Shown piece after piece: positions 62,402 through 64,000 of a DNA stretch of 64,000 bases. Source of the DNA: Deltaproteobacteria bacterium. Lineage in GTDB: Bacteria; Myxococcota_A; Polyangia; Polyangiales; Houyiibacteriaceae. Below the pieces are notes generated by a model. It had not been told where the DNA came from. It made no database searches and was given only the letters and a program-made list of their open reading frames with translations. Both the position numbers and the translations under genes were made by a program. Positions within the stretch are counted from its first letter, which is position 1. Each line of letters opens with the position of its first letter. The DNA lies in NCBI GenBank assembly GCA_034670305.1, contig JAXMNT010000002.1:64001-128000 (forward strand), written 5' to 3'.

Positions 62402-64000
62402 ATGAAGTGGCGTGACCCTACATATACGGCGACCCAGGAGCCGACCACGCCCACGGCGCCCGAACGGCCGACCCCGGAGGACGCGCCCGCCTACCTCGTG
62501 CGGGACTCGGACGCGGCCCTGGCCCAATCGCTGGTGGACTCCTGCGGCATCGGGCCCGTCACGGCCGAGGTGCTGGCCTTGCGCGGATTGACCCCCGAAG
62601 ACGCCCCATCCTTCCTGGACCCGAAACTCAGCGCCTTGCGGGACCCGAGCCAGATGGTCGATCGCGACGCCGCCGCCGAGCGGCTTGCGAAGGCCATTCG
62701 GGCGCGGGAGACGATCGCGATCTTCGGCGACTACGACGTCGACGGTACGACCAGCGCGGCGATCCTCGCGGATGTCGTCGAGCGGCTCGGGGGGGTCGTG
62801 CAGGCATTCGTCGCCAACCGGTTCGAAGGCGGATACGGATTCTCGGACGCTGCCCTCGACCGGGTGCTCGGCTGTCGCCCCTCGCTCATCGTGACCTGCG
62901 ACTGCGGATCGTCAGACCACGACCGCATGGTGCGCGCGAAAGAGCTCGGCATCGACGTCGTGGTGGTCGACCACCACCTCGTCCCGGACAAACCCCTCCC
63001 GGTCGTCGCGTTCCTCAACCCGCATCGGCCGGACTGCGGTTTCGGGTTCACCGGCATGTGCAGCGCCGGCCTCGTGTTCTCTCTGGCGGCCGCGCTTCGC
63101 GCGAAGCTCGGCGCCAAACTCGACATCCGGCCCTGGTTGGATCTCGTCGCACTGGGCACCGTCGCCGACGTCGCACCGCTCGAGGACGACAACCGCGTGC
63201 TCACCCGCGCCGGGCTGAAGTTGCTCGGAGCACCCAAAGCGCGGCCTGGCATCGTGGCGCTGCGGGAAGTGGTCCGCCTCAAGCCCACCGGTCCTCTGGG
63301 TGCCTGGGAGATCGCGTTTCGTTTGGCGCCCAGACTCAACGCCGCGGGCCGGCTCGGGGATCCCACCATCACCCTGGAGCTGTTGCGCGCCACCGATCTG
63401 ACCGTCGCGCGCAAACTCGCGCGGCAGATCGAAGAGATCAACGAAGAGCGCAAGGCGGTGGAGCGGCGCTGCACCGAAGAAGCGATCGCGATGGTGGAAG
63501 CCCGCTACGGCCAACCGAAGAGCGGCATCGTCGTCGCCTCCGAGGGGTGGCATCGCGGCGTCGTGGGCATCACCGCGGCCCGCCTGGTCGACCGCTTCGA
63601 CGTGCCGGCGATCGTCATCGCCGTCGACGAGGGCGTCGGTCACGGCAGCGCACGGACCCCAGAAGGTGTCCACGTGCACGCCGCGATCAGTGCCTGCGCG
63701 ACCGAGGACCCCGATCTGATCGACCGGTTCGGCGGCCACGCGGCAGCCGCTGGCGTCACGTTGCGACATGAGAACGTGGAGCGCTTCGCAATGCTCTTCG
63801 CGAAACACGCGCCGCGTCCCGAAGCGGGGGTCGCACCGCCCATGGTCGACATCGAGATCCTCCCGAGCATGCCCCTTCCGCATCCGAGCGAACTCATGCG
63901 GCTCGAGCCGCTCGGCGAAGGCAACCGCGCCCCCCTCTTCGCGATCCGAGACCTCGCGGTCGAAGACGCTCGGGTGGTCGGCGAAGAACATCTCAAACTC
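62402..64000 (+). CDS. recJ: ssDNA exonuclease RecJ, 3'-truncated by the window edge (absent from the ORF track)
   Basis: Manual translation gives IFGDYDVDG, TCDCG, VVDHH, ALGTVADV, PRLNAAGRL and FGGHAAAAG. Confidence 0.95.
   Translation, partial: MKWRDPTYTATQEPTTPTAPERPTPEDAPAYLVRDSDAALAQSLVDSCGIGPVTAEVLALRGLTPEDAPSFLDPKLSALRDPSQMVDRDAAAERLAKAIRARETIAIFGDYDVDGTTSAAILADVVERLGGVVQAFVANRFEGGYGFSDAALDRVLGCRPSLIVTCDCGSSDHDRMVRAKELGIDVVVVDHHLVPDKPLPVVAFLNPHRPDCGFGFTGMCSAGLVFSLAAALRAKLGAKLDIRPWLDLVALGTVADVAPLEDDNRVLTRAGLKLLGAPKARPGIVALREVVRLKPTGPLGAWEIAFRLAPRLNAAGRLGDPTITLELLRATDLTVARKLARQIEEINEERKAVERRCTEEAIAMVEARYGQPKSGIVVASEGWHRGVVGITAARLVDRFDVPAIVIAVDEGVGHGSARTPEGVHVHAAISACATEDPDLIDRFGGHAAAAGVTLRHENVERFAMLFAKHAPRPEAGVAPPMVDIEILPSMPLPHPSELMRLEPLGEGNRAPLFAIRDLAVEDARVVGEEHLKL

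Overview
GC-rich bacterial chromosomal window, most likely from a myxobacterium (Myxococcota, Polyangiales/Sandaracinaceae-like). This is inferred from a MYXO-CTERM protein, a CdbA-like ribbon-helix-helix protein and many Cys-rich lipoproteins. Housekeeping genes (rlmN, ndk, dapD, mdh, cutA, rluB, lepA, miaB, tamA/tamB, glmM, cdaA-cdaR, folP, ftsH, tilS, partial recJ) are interleaved with hypothetical secreted or lipoprotein genes and transporters. The most interesting region is ~25.5-33.2 kb. It holds (i) a secreted PPC-domain metacaspase, an ECF sigma with Thr in place of an acidic DAED residue, and a membrane Ser/Thr kinase with extracellular PPC domains, and (ii) a divergent pair of a ferritin-like diiron enzyme and a small Cys/Trp-rich lipoprotein ending in GGPLAPPEMP, a candidate modification or RiPP-like system. 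Intergenic DNA carries three repeat families: long degenerate hexamer tracts (one read in-frame as a poly-EA protein tail), a structured A-B-A REP/BIME-like element with a compensatory base change, and a chimeric IS5-derived miniature element with G-rich hexamers and an apparent four-helix-bundle gene relic. No rRNA, tRNA or CRISPR array was recognised. All calls were made by eye without database searches, and start codons are best guesses.
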